Source of the DNA: Blastocladiella emersonii ATCC 22665
Lineage: Eukaryota; Fungi; Blastocladiomycota
Direction: 5' to 3'
Length of the DNA stretch: 64,000 bases
Assembly (NCBI GenBank): GCA_025594325.1
Contig: JANHCV010000003.1
Coordinates: 1,364,001-1,428,000 of the forward strand
Part shown: piece by piece, positions 10,197-20,229 of the stretch
Position numbering within the stretch: position 1 is the first letter of the stretch
Layout of the letters: each line of letters opens with the position of its first letter
Position numbers and translations under genes: made by a program
The notes under the pieces: model-generated
Database searches by the model: none
The model's input: only the letters and a program-made list of their open reading frames with translations
What the model was told of the DNA's origin: nothing

Positions 10197-11686
10197 ATGA
10201 CCACCGCCAACAACGAGACCTTCCTCTTCACGTCCGAGTCGGTCGGCGAGGGCCACCCCGGTACGGCACGCTCGCCTGCCTGCCCTGCCTCGCGCGCGCT
10301 GCCCTGCCCCCATGCATGCACTCCCCGGAGCTCGTACTATGCAGTATCGGGTCGATCGCGGCCGCCGTGGCGAGCCTATGCATGTGCTCGTCGCGCGCGG
10401 CCCGCTGTATCCAGTCGCGCTACTCGACAGCGTTCGTGCTCGTGCGTGGGACGCGCCGTGGTCTCGATCTGCAGTGCACGAGCGCAACGTAACCGCATCG
10501 GGAACGGGCAGCCCGCGTGGGGCACACGGCACAACGCGCACGCGCAACATGTATGCTGACGGTCGTACCCCTTCGCGCTTTCGTAGACAAGATCTGCGAC
10601 CAGGTCTCGGACGCGATCCTCGACGCGTGCCTGGCCCAGGACAAGATGTCCAAGGTTGCCTGCGAGACGGCCGCCAAGACGGGCATGATCATGGTCCTCG
10701 GCGAGATCACGACCAAGGCGACGCTCGACTACCAGAAGATCATCCGCGAGACGATCAAGAAGATCGGCTACGACGACTCGTCCAAGGGCTTCGACTACAA
10801 GACGTGCAACGTGCTGGTCGCCATCGAGCAGCAGTCGCCCGACATTGCCCAGGGCCTCGTCCAGGAGGGCTTTGACGTGGAGAAGATCGGCGCCGGCGAC
10901 CAGGGTATCATGTTCGGCTACGCGACCGAGGAGACGCCCGAGCTCATGCCCCTGACCCTCGTCCTGTCGCACAAGCTCAACCAGCGCCTGTCCGAGTGCC
11001 GCCGCAACGGCGAGATGTCGTACCTGCGCCCCGACACCAAGACCCAGGTCACGGTCGAGTACAAGATGGACAACGGCCAGCCCATCCCCCTCCGCGTCGA
11101 CGCCATTGTCATCTCGACCCAGCACTCCGAGGACGTGACCAACGAGCAGCTCCGCAAGGACCTGCGCGAGAAGGTGGTCGCCAAGGTGATCCCCGCCAAG
11201 TTCCTCGACGCCAACACCAAGTACCACCTGCAGCCCTCGGGCCGCTTCGTCATCGGTGGCCCGCAGGGCGACGCCGGTGTGACGGGCCGCAAGATCATCG
11301 TCGACACGTACGGCGGCTGGGGCGCCCACGGTGGCGGTGCCTTCTCGGGCAAGGACTGGTCCAAGGTCGACCGCTCGGCTGCCTACGCTGCGCGCTGGAT
11401 CGCCAAGTCGCTGGTCGCCGCCGGCCTCGCTCGCCGCTGCCTCGTCCAGACGTCGTACGCGATCGGTGTCGCCGAGCCCGTGTCCATCTACGTCGACACG
11501 TACGGCACCTCGTCCAAGACCAACGAGGAGCTGCTCGCGATCATCAACAAGAACTTTGACCTGCGCCCCGGCAAGATCGTCCAGGAGCTCGACCTGTGGC
11601 GCCCCATCTACTCGGCCACGGCGTGCTACGGCCACTTTGGCCGCAACGAGTTCCCCTGGGAGCAGCCCAAGAAGCTCATCCTGTAA
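10197..11686 (+). CDS. SAM2: S-adenosylmethionine synthetase (2 exons: 10197-10260, 10587-11686)
   Basis: [13 protein letters not shown]|[67 protein letters not shown] and YGHFGR signatures. Confidence 0.98.
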
Positions 11687-12045
11687 GTCGGCTGCAGCTC
11701 TCTCTCCCTCGGGGGGCGCGGCGGGCGTGCGGGATCAGTTGATGGTGGCGGCGACGACGGCGACCTACTAGCGACCTTGCGCACCACATCCAACTACCCC
11801 TCAAACCCCTCCTCTTTTTGTAAGTATATAGGAAACCCACTAAAAATACGGTAACAACTAAGCTCTCCCGTATGTGTTGACTTGAGAGTGGGTGCTTCGC
11901 CACCATCACCGACGCGGGCGCGGCTCGGCCCGGATCGGATGCGCGTCAACTCTAACCGCGCCATCCTTCAAAAGCTTGCCGGCCCTTGCGCAACTCTCCC
12001 TCTCCCCTCGACGCCCACAACTTTCGCATGAACATGAAATCAACC

Positions 12046-13650
12046 ATGGAGTATCACCCTCCCCGGCCGCGAGCCGCCAGCGCAACGCCCGCCCCACCGG
12101 CCCGGACCCACCGCCGTTCCTCGCGCACGGGTGTCGTCGGCAAGCTCGTCGTGCACGCAACGGTCGTCGTCGCGCTGGCGTGGCTACTCGCGGCGTGGCG
12201 CAAGCACTCGGACCTCAACCTCGTCCTCGACGAACTCTCGGAAGCGACCGACGACGCCATGCTGTTGGCGCTGTCGCTCGTCGGGCTCGGCGACCGGTGG
12301 CTCGCGCTGCGGTCCGACGGCGCGACGCCGCGGCACTACTTCAAGCAGCCAGCGTCGACGCACGCCGTCCCCGAGCACGCGCTGCTCGACGCACTCGCGG
12401 CGGGCCAAATGGACTGGACGCAGTCGACGACGCCCGTCCCGATCTCGACGCACTCGCCCACGATGAAGTGGGTGCTGGGCGGCGACCGCGCGCACGTCCC
12501 GCCGGCGCTGTGGCACCTGACGAACCCCAAAAGCGGCGTCGATGTCGCCGCGGTGCACCCCGTCCGCGAGTACTACAACGCGCTGCGGTACCCGTCGCTC
12601 GTGCATCTGTGCGGCGGGCACCCGGCGACGGACGCGTGCCGCGCGGCGGCCACGTTCGCGGACCCCGTGTTTGGGATCACCCCGCTGCACCTGGCGCGCG
12701 CGCAGGGCGACGACCGCGCCGCGCAGCTGCTGCTGAACCTCGGCGCCGATCCGGGCGCGCTCGATCTCGCGGGCCGCGCGCCCGGGAACCTCTCGTTCAC
12801 GCACTTTGTCACCAACTCGCGCAAGTGGGCCAAGGACCCGAACGAGTGCGCGTTCCCCGTGGTCGACGCCAGCGACCCCGCCGACCTGCCGAACCTCGCG
12901 CGCCTCGTCCTCGAGGGCGAGCCGCTGCTGCTGCGCAACTTCATGCCCGCGTTCGCGCCCGACGTGTGGGCGCAGTACCGCGACCTCGACGCGGTCGTCG
13001 CGCAGCACCGTGAAGCCAAGGTGCGGTTCGGGCAGGTCCCGTACGCCGACTATTTCGGGCTCGAGACCGGGACGACCACGCTCGGCGATTTTTACGACCG
13101 GTTCGTCCGCTCGCCACCGTCGGGCGACGCGGGCGCGGGCGCGGGCAAGATCCCGCAGTACGTGTTCCAGAAGCACAGCGAGCTGACGGCGTCGATCCTG
13201 CCGGTGCTCGAGCGGCTGGTCGCGTCGTACTTCCCCGTGGCGCGCGACGGCGGCCGGCTCATCTGCCCGCCGTCGTTTGCGGGGACGGGCAACGCGTCGA
13301 TCCACTATTTCGTGGGCGCCCCCGGCTCCGGCGCGCCGTTCCACATCCATGCCGACGCCGTCAACGTCAACCTGGTCGGCACCAAGGAGTGGTACGTGAC
13401 GCCGCCGCTCGCCGCGCCGTACTCGCGCGTCCCCGTCAGCGTGTGGCTGCGCGAGGGAAAGGACGGGATTGATCACCCGGACAAGGCGCTCAAGTGCACG
13501 CAACGCGCGGGCGACGCCGTCTACGTGCCCTTCGACTGGGCGCACGCCGTCGTTAACCGTGAGACGAATTTTGGCGTCGCCCTCGAGCTCCTCAACCGCC
13601 GCGACACGTTCGTCGCGTGGCCGTGGGGCGACCGGTTTATCCAGTGCTAG
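12046..13650 (+). CDS. Type-II membrane ankyrin-repeat plus JmjC/cupin (JMJD8-like) protein
   Basis: N-terminal hydrophobic segment (LVVHATVVVALAWLLAAW), one ankyrin repeat (FGITPLHLARAQGDDRAAQLLLNLGADP) and a JmjC fold (GAPGSGAPFHIHADA...VGTKEWYVTPP...CTQRAGDAVYVPFDWAHAVVN). The start codon is uncertain (12028, 12034 or 12046). Confidence 0.75.
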   Translation: MEYHPPRPRAASATPAPPARTHRRSSRTGVVGKLVVHATVVVALAWLLAAWRKHSDLNLVLDELSEATDDAMLLALSLVGLGDRWLALRSDGATPRHYFKQPASTHAVPEHALLDALAAGQMDWTQSTTPVPISTHSPTMKWVLGGDRAHVPPALWHLTNPKSGVDVAAVHPVREYYNALRYPSLVHLCGGHPATDACRAAATFADPVFGITPLHLARAQGDDRAAQLLLNLGADPGALDLAGRAPGNLSFTHFVTNSRKWAKDPNECAFPVVDASDPADLPNLARLVLEGEPLLLRNFMPAFAPDVWAQYRDLDAVVAQHREAKVRFGQVPYADYFGLETGTTTLGDFYDRFVRSPPSGDAGAGAGKIPQYVFQKHSELTASILPVLERLVASYFPVARDGGRLICPPSFAGTGNASIHYFVGAPGSGAPFHIHADAVNVNLVGTKEWYVTPPLAAPYSRVPVSVWLREGKDGIDHPDKALKCTQRAGDAVYVPFDWAHAVVNRETNFGVALELLNRRDTFVAWPWGDRFIQC

Positions 13651-13883
13651 AGACTTAATCGTAATATACGGCTTTCTTAGGCCTGCTGGGTGTCGGTGCG
13701 CTTGTGTGGCGCGGCGCGAAGGTCATGCGCGCGTGAGCGGGAGAGAGTTCGCCCCAACAGCAGCGACCGGGCCGCCGGGAGGGGGGATGTCGTGCGCTGG
13801 CCATCGGGGGCGCGCCTTCTCCCCCTCTCTCTCCTTCGCACTACCCTCCCCGTAGCAACAGATACTGCAACGGAATCAACATC

Positions 13884-15563
13884 ATGAGCTCCCTCAGCAA
13901 GTCGTCGTCGCCGACCAAGCAGCCGGCCACGACGCCCAAGACGGTGGTGATTGTCGGGGCCGGGCTCGTCGGCGCGCTCGCGGCCGTGTACTTTGCCGAG
14001 GCCGGGTGGAACGTGCGCGTGTACGAGATGCGCAAGGGTGCGATCTCGCGGGCAGAGCAGCAACGACGACGCAAGACTGACGACGCGAGCGGCGTGTGTG
14101 TAGACCTGCGCAAGGAAAAGTACTCTCGCGTGCGCAGCATCAACCTGGCGCTGTCGCACCGCGGGATCGAGGCGCTGCGCGGTGTGCGCGGTGTGGACGT
14201 GGACAAGCTCATGAAGCTGGCGGTGCCGATGCGGGCGCGCATGATCCACGACCGCGCGGGCATGCAGTCGTCGCAGCCGTACGGGATGCACGGCGAGTGC
14301 ATCTACTCGATCGACCGGCGCATGCTCAACGAGGTGCTGCTCGACATTGCCGACGCGCACCCGGGCGTGTCGCTGCACTTTGAGCACGAGGTGCAGAGCG
14401 CGCAGCTCGAGGCGGGCAAGCTGGTGCTCGTCGACCGCACGATCCGCGAGCCCGTGACCGTGGTCGCGGACCTGGTCGTCGGCGCCGACGGCGCGCACTC
14501 GGCGATCCGCCGCGAGCTGCTCCGCCCCGCGCGCATGTTCTTCCAGCAGGAGTACATTGACCACGCGTACCTCGAGCTCACGATCCCGCCCAAGACCGAG
14601 GGCGCCAAGCGAGAGGACGACCGGTTCCACCTCCAGCCCAACCACCTGCACATCTGGCCGCGTGGCAGCTACATGATGATCGCGCTGGCCAACCCGGACG
14701 GGTCCTTCACGTGCACGCTGTTCGCGCCGTGGGCGCTGCTCGAGGCGGTGCAGACCCCGGCCGACCTGCGCGCCCTGTTCCATCGCGAGTTTGCCGACGC
14801 AATCCCGCTGCTGCCCGACCTCGAGGCTGAGTTCTTTGGGAACCCGCGCGGCCCGCTCATGTCCATCAAGTGCGGCCCGTACCACCTCGGCGACCGCGCC
14901 GTGATTCTCGGGGATGCGGCGCACGCCATGGTGCCCTTCTTTGGGCAGGGCATGAACTGCGGGTTCGAGGACGTGCGGGTGCTGTTCGAGCACCTGCGCA
15001 AGCACGCCGTGACCAACACGCGGACGCACTCGGTCGCGCTCGAGACGGCGGCGGCCGACGCGGTGGCGGTGCCCGGGACGCCCGTGATCCGCGACCGCGC
15101 GCAGGCGGCGGCGCTCGCGTCGTACAGCGCGACGCGGCACCCGGACGCAGTCGCCATGTGCGACCTCGCCATGGACAACTACATTGAGATGCGGTCGTCG
15201 GTCGCCAGCAAGTGGTTCCTCGCGCAGCGCGCCGTCGAGCGCGCCCTGTCCCGCGCGTTCCCCGGCCGCGCGACGCCGCTGTACACGCTCGTCGCCTTCA
15301 CGTCGACGCCCTACGCCCAGTGCATCGCCCGCGGCCACGCGCTCCGCCGCACCGCGGCCCGCATCCTTGTGACGGGCGGGCTCGCGTCGCTCGCGTCCGC
15401 GATCGCCGCCGTCGCGTGGATCGTCCAGGCCCGTCGCCGCTCCGGTGCGCCCCTCCCCGCTATCGTCGCCTCGGCCCTCGCCGGCGTCGTCGGCGCGGCA
15501 ACCGCGCCCCGCCAGGCTCTCGTCGCGGTCCTCGAGGGCGCCCTGCGCGTCGTGCGCGGGTAG
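13884..15563 (+). CDS. BNA4: Kynurenine 3-monooxygenase (one in-frame intron, 14038-14103)
   Basis: GAGLVG FAD motif, RSINLALSHRGI, VGADGAHS, LHIWPRGSYMMIALAN.DGSFTCTLF and GDAAHAMVPFFGQGMNCGFEDV, plus a C-terminal membrane anchor. Confidence 0.95.
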   Translation: MSSLSKSSSPTKQPATTPKTVVIVGAGLVGALAAVYFAEAGWNVRVYEMRKGAISRAEQQRRRKTDDASGVCVDLRKEKYSRVRSINLALSHRGIEALRGVRGVDVDKLMKLAVPMRARMIHDRAGMQSSQPYGMHGECIYSIDRRMLNEVLLDIADAHPGVSLHFEHEVQSAQLEAGKLVLVDRTIREPVTVVADLVVGADGAHSAIRRELLRPARMFFQQEYIDHAYLELTIPPKTEGAKREDDRFHLQPNHLHIWPRGSYMMIALANPDGSFTCTLFAPWALLEAVQTPADLRALFHREFADAIPLLPDLEAEFFGNPRGPLMSIKCGPYHLGDRAVILGDAAHAMVPFFGQGMNCGFEDVRVLFEHLRKHAVTNTRTHSVALETAAADAVAVPGTPVIRDRAQAAALASYSATRHPDAVAMCDLAMDNYIEMRSSVASKWFLAQRAVERALSRAFPGRATPLYTLVAFTSTPYAQCIARGHALRRTAARILVTGGLASLASAIAAVAWIVQARRRSGAPLPAIVASALAGVVGAATAPRQALVAVLEGALRVVRG

Positions 15564-16245
15564 ACGGGCGTGGGTGTCTCGCGGGTATCATTCCGCCGTG
15601 TTGGTGATTCGTTTTTGATGTAATACACGATCCTTCTCAGTTCAAAGCGACGGCAGCGTCTTACACGCATGGCCTTGGAGTCAAGTCCAGCCACGACGGC
15701 GATGGCAGTGCTCCCACCACCCAGCCCCTCCTGCCTCCCTGCAGCATCTGTCCCCATGGACGACGAGCGCGAGCGCTGCTGACGCGTCGCCGCGCGTGCG
15801 TCGGGTGGGCGGGCAGCAGCCGCGGAGGCGGGGAGACGCGTGCGTGATGAGTGCGAGAGCGGCCGAGCGGGCGCGCACCTGGGCGCGCACGAAAGCGTGT
15901 GGGACGCGAGCGCATGTGCGTGGGGCCGCTGCTGCCCGCGCTGCTGCCCGCGACGCGCGCGCCACGGCCACGGTGCCGGCCGGCCCTGCCCGCCCGCCCG
16001 CCCTCAGTCGCAGCTCTCGCTCTCTCTCCCAAGCGCTCCAGCATTGGATTGAGACGACGACGAAGCAGACGCCAAACGACCACCACGCGCGCAACCCGGC
16101 CCCGAAACGTGTCCGGATCCCACTGCCCGCAACTCAGAGTGCCGACGAGCGCGTCGCTCCCTCGCTTCGCTCGCATCGCATCCCCGCCCTCCCTCCCTCA
16201 TCACCCCACGCACCGCGCGCGCGAGCTCCTCCCGCCCCTCCCGCC

Positions 16246-18687
16246 ACGACGGACCCACTCGCCCGCTCCCCGATTGACGGCGTCGCCGGCGGCAACGGCG
16301 CCGACCCGACCGCACCCGCACCCGCAGCAGCAGAAGCCGACCGCTCCACGGCTCAGTACCCGCCGCAGTACCGCGCGCGCCTGGCCGAGCTGCACCACCA
16401 GCAATCGCACGGCACCGACCGGTGGCTCGAGTACGACCGCGCCGCCAGCCCGGTGCGGCACCACGAGTTCGAGTACCCCGACTACGGCGTCAGTTTCGCG
16501 GCCCGCGACCGCCCGTTCCCGCCGGGCCCGCCCACGTCTACCTCGGCGTCCGCGTCTACCGCCTACACGTACGCGCCCCCGTCGCGCCGCGGCTCGACCA
16601 CCGACTACGGCCAAGCGTGGGACCCGATTCAGCAAGAACAGCAGTGCCACCGTGACCGCGTCAACGCGCCGCCCGCACGCGTGTCTGACGCGCCGCCGAC
16701 CCACTACCCGCCCATTACCACGAACCACTACTACTACCACCAGCGCGCCGGCATGCAGTCCGCCGGCCCCGTTGACACCATGTCCCGCCCGCACCCGCAC
16801 TACCAGCAGCAGCAGCCGCCGCCGCAGCAACCGCAGCAACAGCAGCAGCCCGGCCCGCCGCCTCCTGCCGGTCCTGCCCGCCCCGGCCCGCCCCTGCCCA
16901 TGTCGGCCACCAACGGCGGCGCGTGGACCCATCCGCAACAACAGCAGCAGCATCAACAGCAGCAGCAACACGTTCCGCCACCACCCCATCTCGCGCCGCA
17001 TCAGCAACTGCAACCGCAGCAGCAGCAGTCCCTCCCGCAGGGCATGTACGGCGCGCCGTGGATGGCCGCGCGCCAGGGCATGCTCGGCCCCGCCTACTGG
17101 GCCACGGTCCCGCCCGGCGGCATCCCGCCCGGGCCCGGCCCGAACCCGTACGCGTCGGTCGCGCCCATCCCCGCCGCTCCGCCCAACCCGTACGCCCAGC
17201 CGCTCGCCAACCCGTTCGCCTCGCACCTCTCCAACCCGTACGCCGCCTACGCGAACGCCTCGGCGGCTGCGGCCGCTGCCGCGGCGGCAGGGGGTGGGCA
17301 GCCCGGCGGCGGCGGACTGTTCCCGTCGTGGGCGGTCCCGCAGCCGTCGCACCCGGTATCGCAGCAACAGCAGCAGCAGGCCATGTACCAGGCCGCCGAG
17401 TACCACCAGCAGCACTACCAGCAGCAACAGCAGCAGGCGCGGTCGCCGCCGCCCCTCCGGCCCGCGCCGCCGCCCATGTCCATGCCCATGATCCGCCCGA
17501 CCAGCGCGACCACGGCCCAGGGACTCTACCCGTTCGCGACCCAGCACGGCGGGCCGTCCGTATGGGGCCCGCCCCCGCCGCCGTCTGCGCTCCCGCTGCC
17601 GCTTCCGCCACCGCCGCCCGTGGGCTCGGCCGCGGCCGCGGCAGCCACGTCGTCGGGCAACCTCGCCATGCACTTTTCGAGCGGGAACGCGACGTCGCCG
17701 ACGACCTCGGCCGCGGCCCTCGCGGCGCCCACCGCGCACCACGGCTCGCACCCGTACCGCATCCCCGGCCGCGACACCGGGTTCCACCACCACCACCACA
17801 CCACGCATCACCACCACCATCACCACCACCCGTACGCCATGCCCGGGTCGCACCCGCAGCACGCCGCGGGCGGCGCGGTTGGGAGCGGCCCGCGCTCGCC
17901 CACGCTGCGCCAGGGGATCCGCATCCCGCCACCGCTCACGATCCCCGAGCCGTACCTCCCACCCGGCGGATACAACCAGCAGCAGCACCAACAGCAGCAG
18001 CAGCAGCAGTACCAGGCGCCGCGCGCGCCCAGCCCGATCCTGTCGCCCGCCGCGTCCCCGATCCTGTCGGCGGCCGCGCTCAGCCCGCTCCTCCCGCCCT
18101 CGCGACCCGCGGGCGCCCCGCCCGCAGCGGCAGCAGCCGCGCCTGCCGCGCTCCCCGTCACGCCCGACGATATCCCCGCCGGCACCGTGATCGGCGGCGC
18201 GCCGTGCGGGTGGCCCGGCGACCCGTCGAGCCACGTCTCGCTGACCGCCAACGACTCGGGGATCGGGTCGCTCGCTGCCGCGGCCGCCGCGGCGGTTGCA
18301 GCGGGCTCGTCGCACTACCACTATGGCGGCAGCGGTGATCCGGGCCACGTCAGCGACGGCAGCGGCGTGGGCGACCCGACCCCGCCCGCGGACCGCCCGC
18401 CGCGGTTCCAGGTCGGCACCAAGCTCGGTGCCGGGTCGTTCGGCAGCGTGTACCGCGGGTTCTGGATCCGCGCCAACGACCACCGCGTCGACTTCCACCG
18501 GCCCGCCGTCGCCATCAAGGTCGAGGCCCTGCTCGACGCCAAGGGCGAGCCCAAGGCGCCCATCGGCGGCCTGCTCCCCGCCGAGACCCGCGTCCTCCTC
18601 GCGCTCGCCGGCGAGGCTGGGTTCCCCGCGGTCCACTGGTTCGGCGAGATCGGCGTGTCGCGCGCCGCGTCCGGTTCTGGGTCCGAC

Positions 18688-18719
<32 letters not shown>

Positions 18720-19916
18720 AGGTGGTGGGAATGAGGCGCCCCGCATGTACCGCGCGCTCGTCATGGACGCGCTCGGGCCGTCGCTCCAGGACCTGTTCGA
18801 GCGGTGCGGCAAGCGGCTGTCCATCAAGACCGTGTGCATGATCGCCGACCAGTCGCTCCTCCGCCTCGAGCAGCTGCACGCGCGCGGGTTCTTGCACCGC
18901 GATCTCAAGGTGCGTTTTCTCCCTCCATGTTACGCGTACGCGAGCAAGTGACTGACTCGTCCTCCTTCTCGCGAGTGTAGCCCGAGAACATCCTGATCGG
19001 TGGCGAGGGCAACGCGCACGTGCTGTACCTGATCGACTTTGGTCTCGCCTGCGCGCGGCCGCTGCCCAACGAGGCGCAGAAGAAGCGCGCCGAGAAGTGC
19101 ATCGGCACGCTGCGGTACATGTGCCGGTCGTCGCACCGCGGGAAGCCGCAGGCGCCGCGCGACGACCTCGAGGCGCTCGGGTACCTGCTCGTCTTCTTCG
19201 CGGTCGGCCACCTGCCGTGGCAGCGGAAATACCTCAAGACGCCCATCTCGGCCTCGCCCGCCGAGCAGAAGCGGCTCGTCCTCAAGGCCAAGGAGGATAC
19301 GGGACCCGAGCTCCTGTGCCGCGGACTCCCGCCCGCGTTTGCGCAGTACATGGCCGTCGTACGCAACTACGGGTACCACGATACCCCCGACTACACGGGC
19401 CTACGTAACCTGTTCCTCCACACGGTCAAGGACGCCGGGCAGCGGTACGACTGGCGGTTCGACTGGGACGAGCTGCCCGGCGCGTCGGGTTCGTCGTCGG
19501 CGGGGCAGGCGCCCGGCCCCAAGGTCTCGGCGCCCAACGCCCAGCCCGCGGTCCACGAGCCGCACCACGCGCAGCAGCAGCCGCTCCAGCAGCACCCCGC
19601 AAGGCCGGGCGGCGCCGGCGCGACCCACGCGTCGCCGCGGATCCAGCACAACGGCACCGGCAACGGCGGCCCGCGCGACTCGGCACCCGTCCCACCCCAG
19701 CAGCAGCAGCCGGCCACGTCGACGGTGCCCCTCCTCGGCCCCGCCGCGACCAACTACGAGGTGCCCGTGCTCCCGCGCCACCAGGGTCCCCCGCAGGTCA
19801 CGTCGTTCTTCCATAACCGGCCCGAGCTCGTGCACGCGGCGGGGGCGGCGGGACAGGCGGCGGGGGCGGGGGTGGGGGCGAATGGTGCGGCCGTAGGGCG
19901 GAACGGGCATGTGTGA
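16246..19916 (+). CDS. Divergent casein kinase 1-family kinase with a long Q/P/H-rich N-terminal region; start uncertain; intron about 18910-18980
   Basis: KLGAGSFGSVY, VAIKVE, LVMDALGPSLQDLFERCGKRLSIKTV, FLHRDLK|PENIL, LIDFGLA, GTLRYM and RDDLEALGY.L...GHLPWQ, which are CK1 hallmarks. In-frame ATGs are at 15847 and 16753, and coding-like sequence starts around 16250. Confidence 0.85.
18688..18720 (+). repeat. CAG/CAA trinucleotide tract (polyQ, 11 codons) inside the CK1 kinase domain
   Basis: (CAG)7 CAA CAG CAG CAA read directly from the sequence. Confidence 0.9.
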
Positions 19917-20229
19917 GAGTGGGAGGGTTGATTGATTGATGATACATGGTTCCTTCGGGTTTTGGTTTTCTCTACCACTTGCTGGCTGCGCTGGTCGAGC
20001 GAAGGCACCCTCGGGTGAAGGTCGCGAGAAGGTCGAAACGCGTCGATCGTGAGACATCACATGGGCCGACGCGCGGGGTGCGAGACGGAGACGCGTTTCG
20101 CGCGTCGTCGCCGCGACTCGCGAAGCACGGCTCGAGCTCACCGACCATTGCATGAACCACAAACCCGTAAACGGAACCTCCATGTAACTCGGCGCATCAC
20201 GAACGCGACGAACGACGTGAACCAGCACC

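Noticed and set aside
10376-11635. Long antisense ORFs opposite real genes (also 54341-55738, 20477-21688, 61519-62847, 8049-9098 and others)
   Set aside because: They are the expected shadow of extreme GC3 bias, which leaves few stops on the opposite strand. The translations show no motifs.
14038-14103. Stop-free introns of length 3n (KMO 66 nt, UVRAG-like 60 nt at 26017-26076, Wee1 159 nt)
   Set aside because: About three among dozens of GC-rich introns is no more than chance would give. They matter only as annotation traps.
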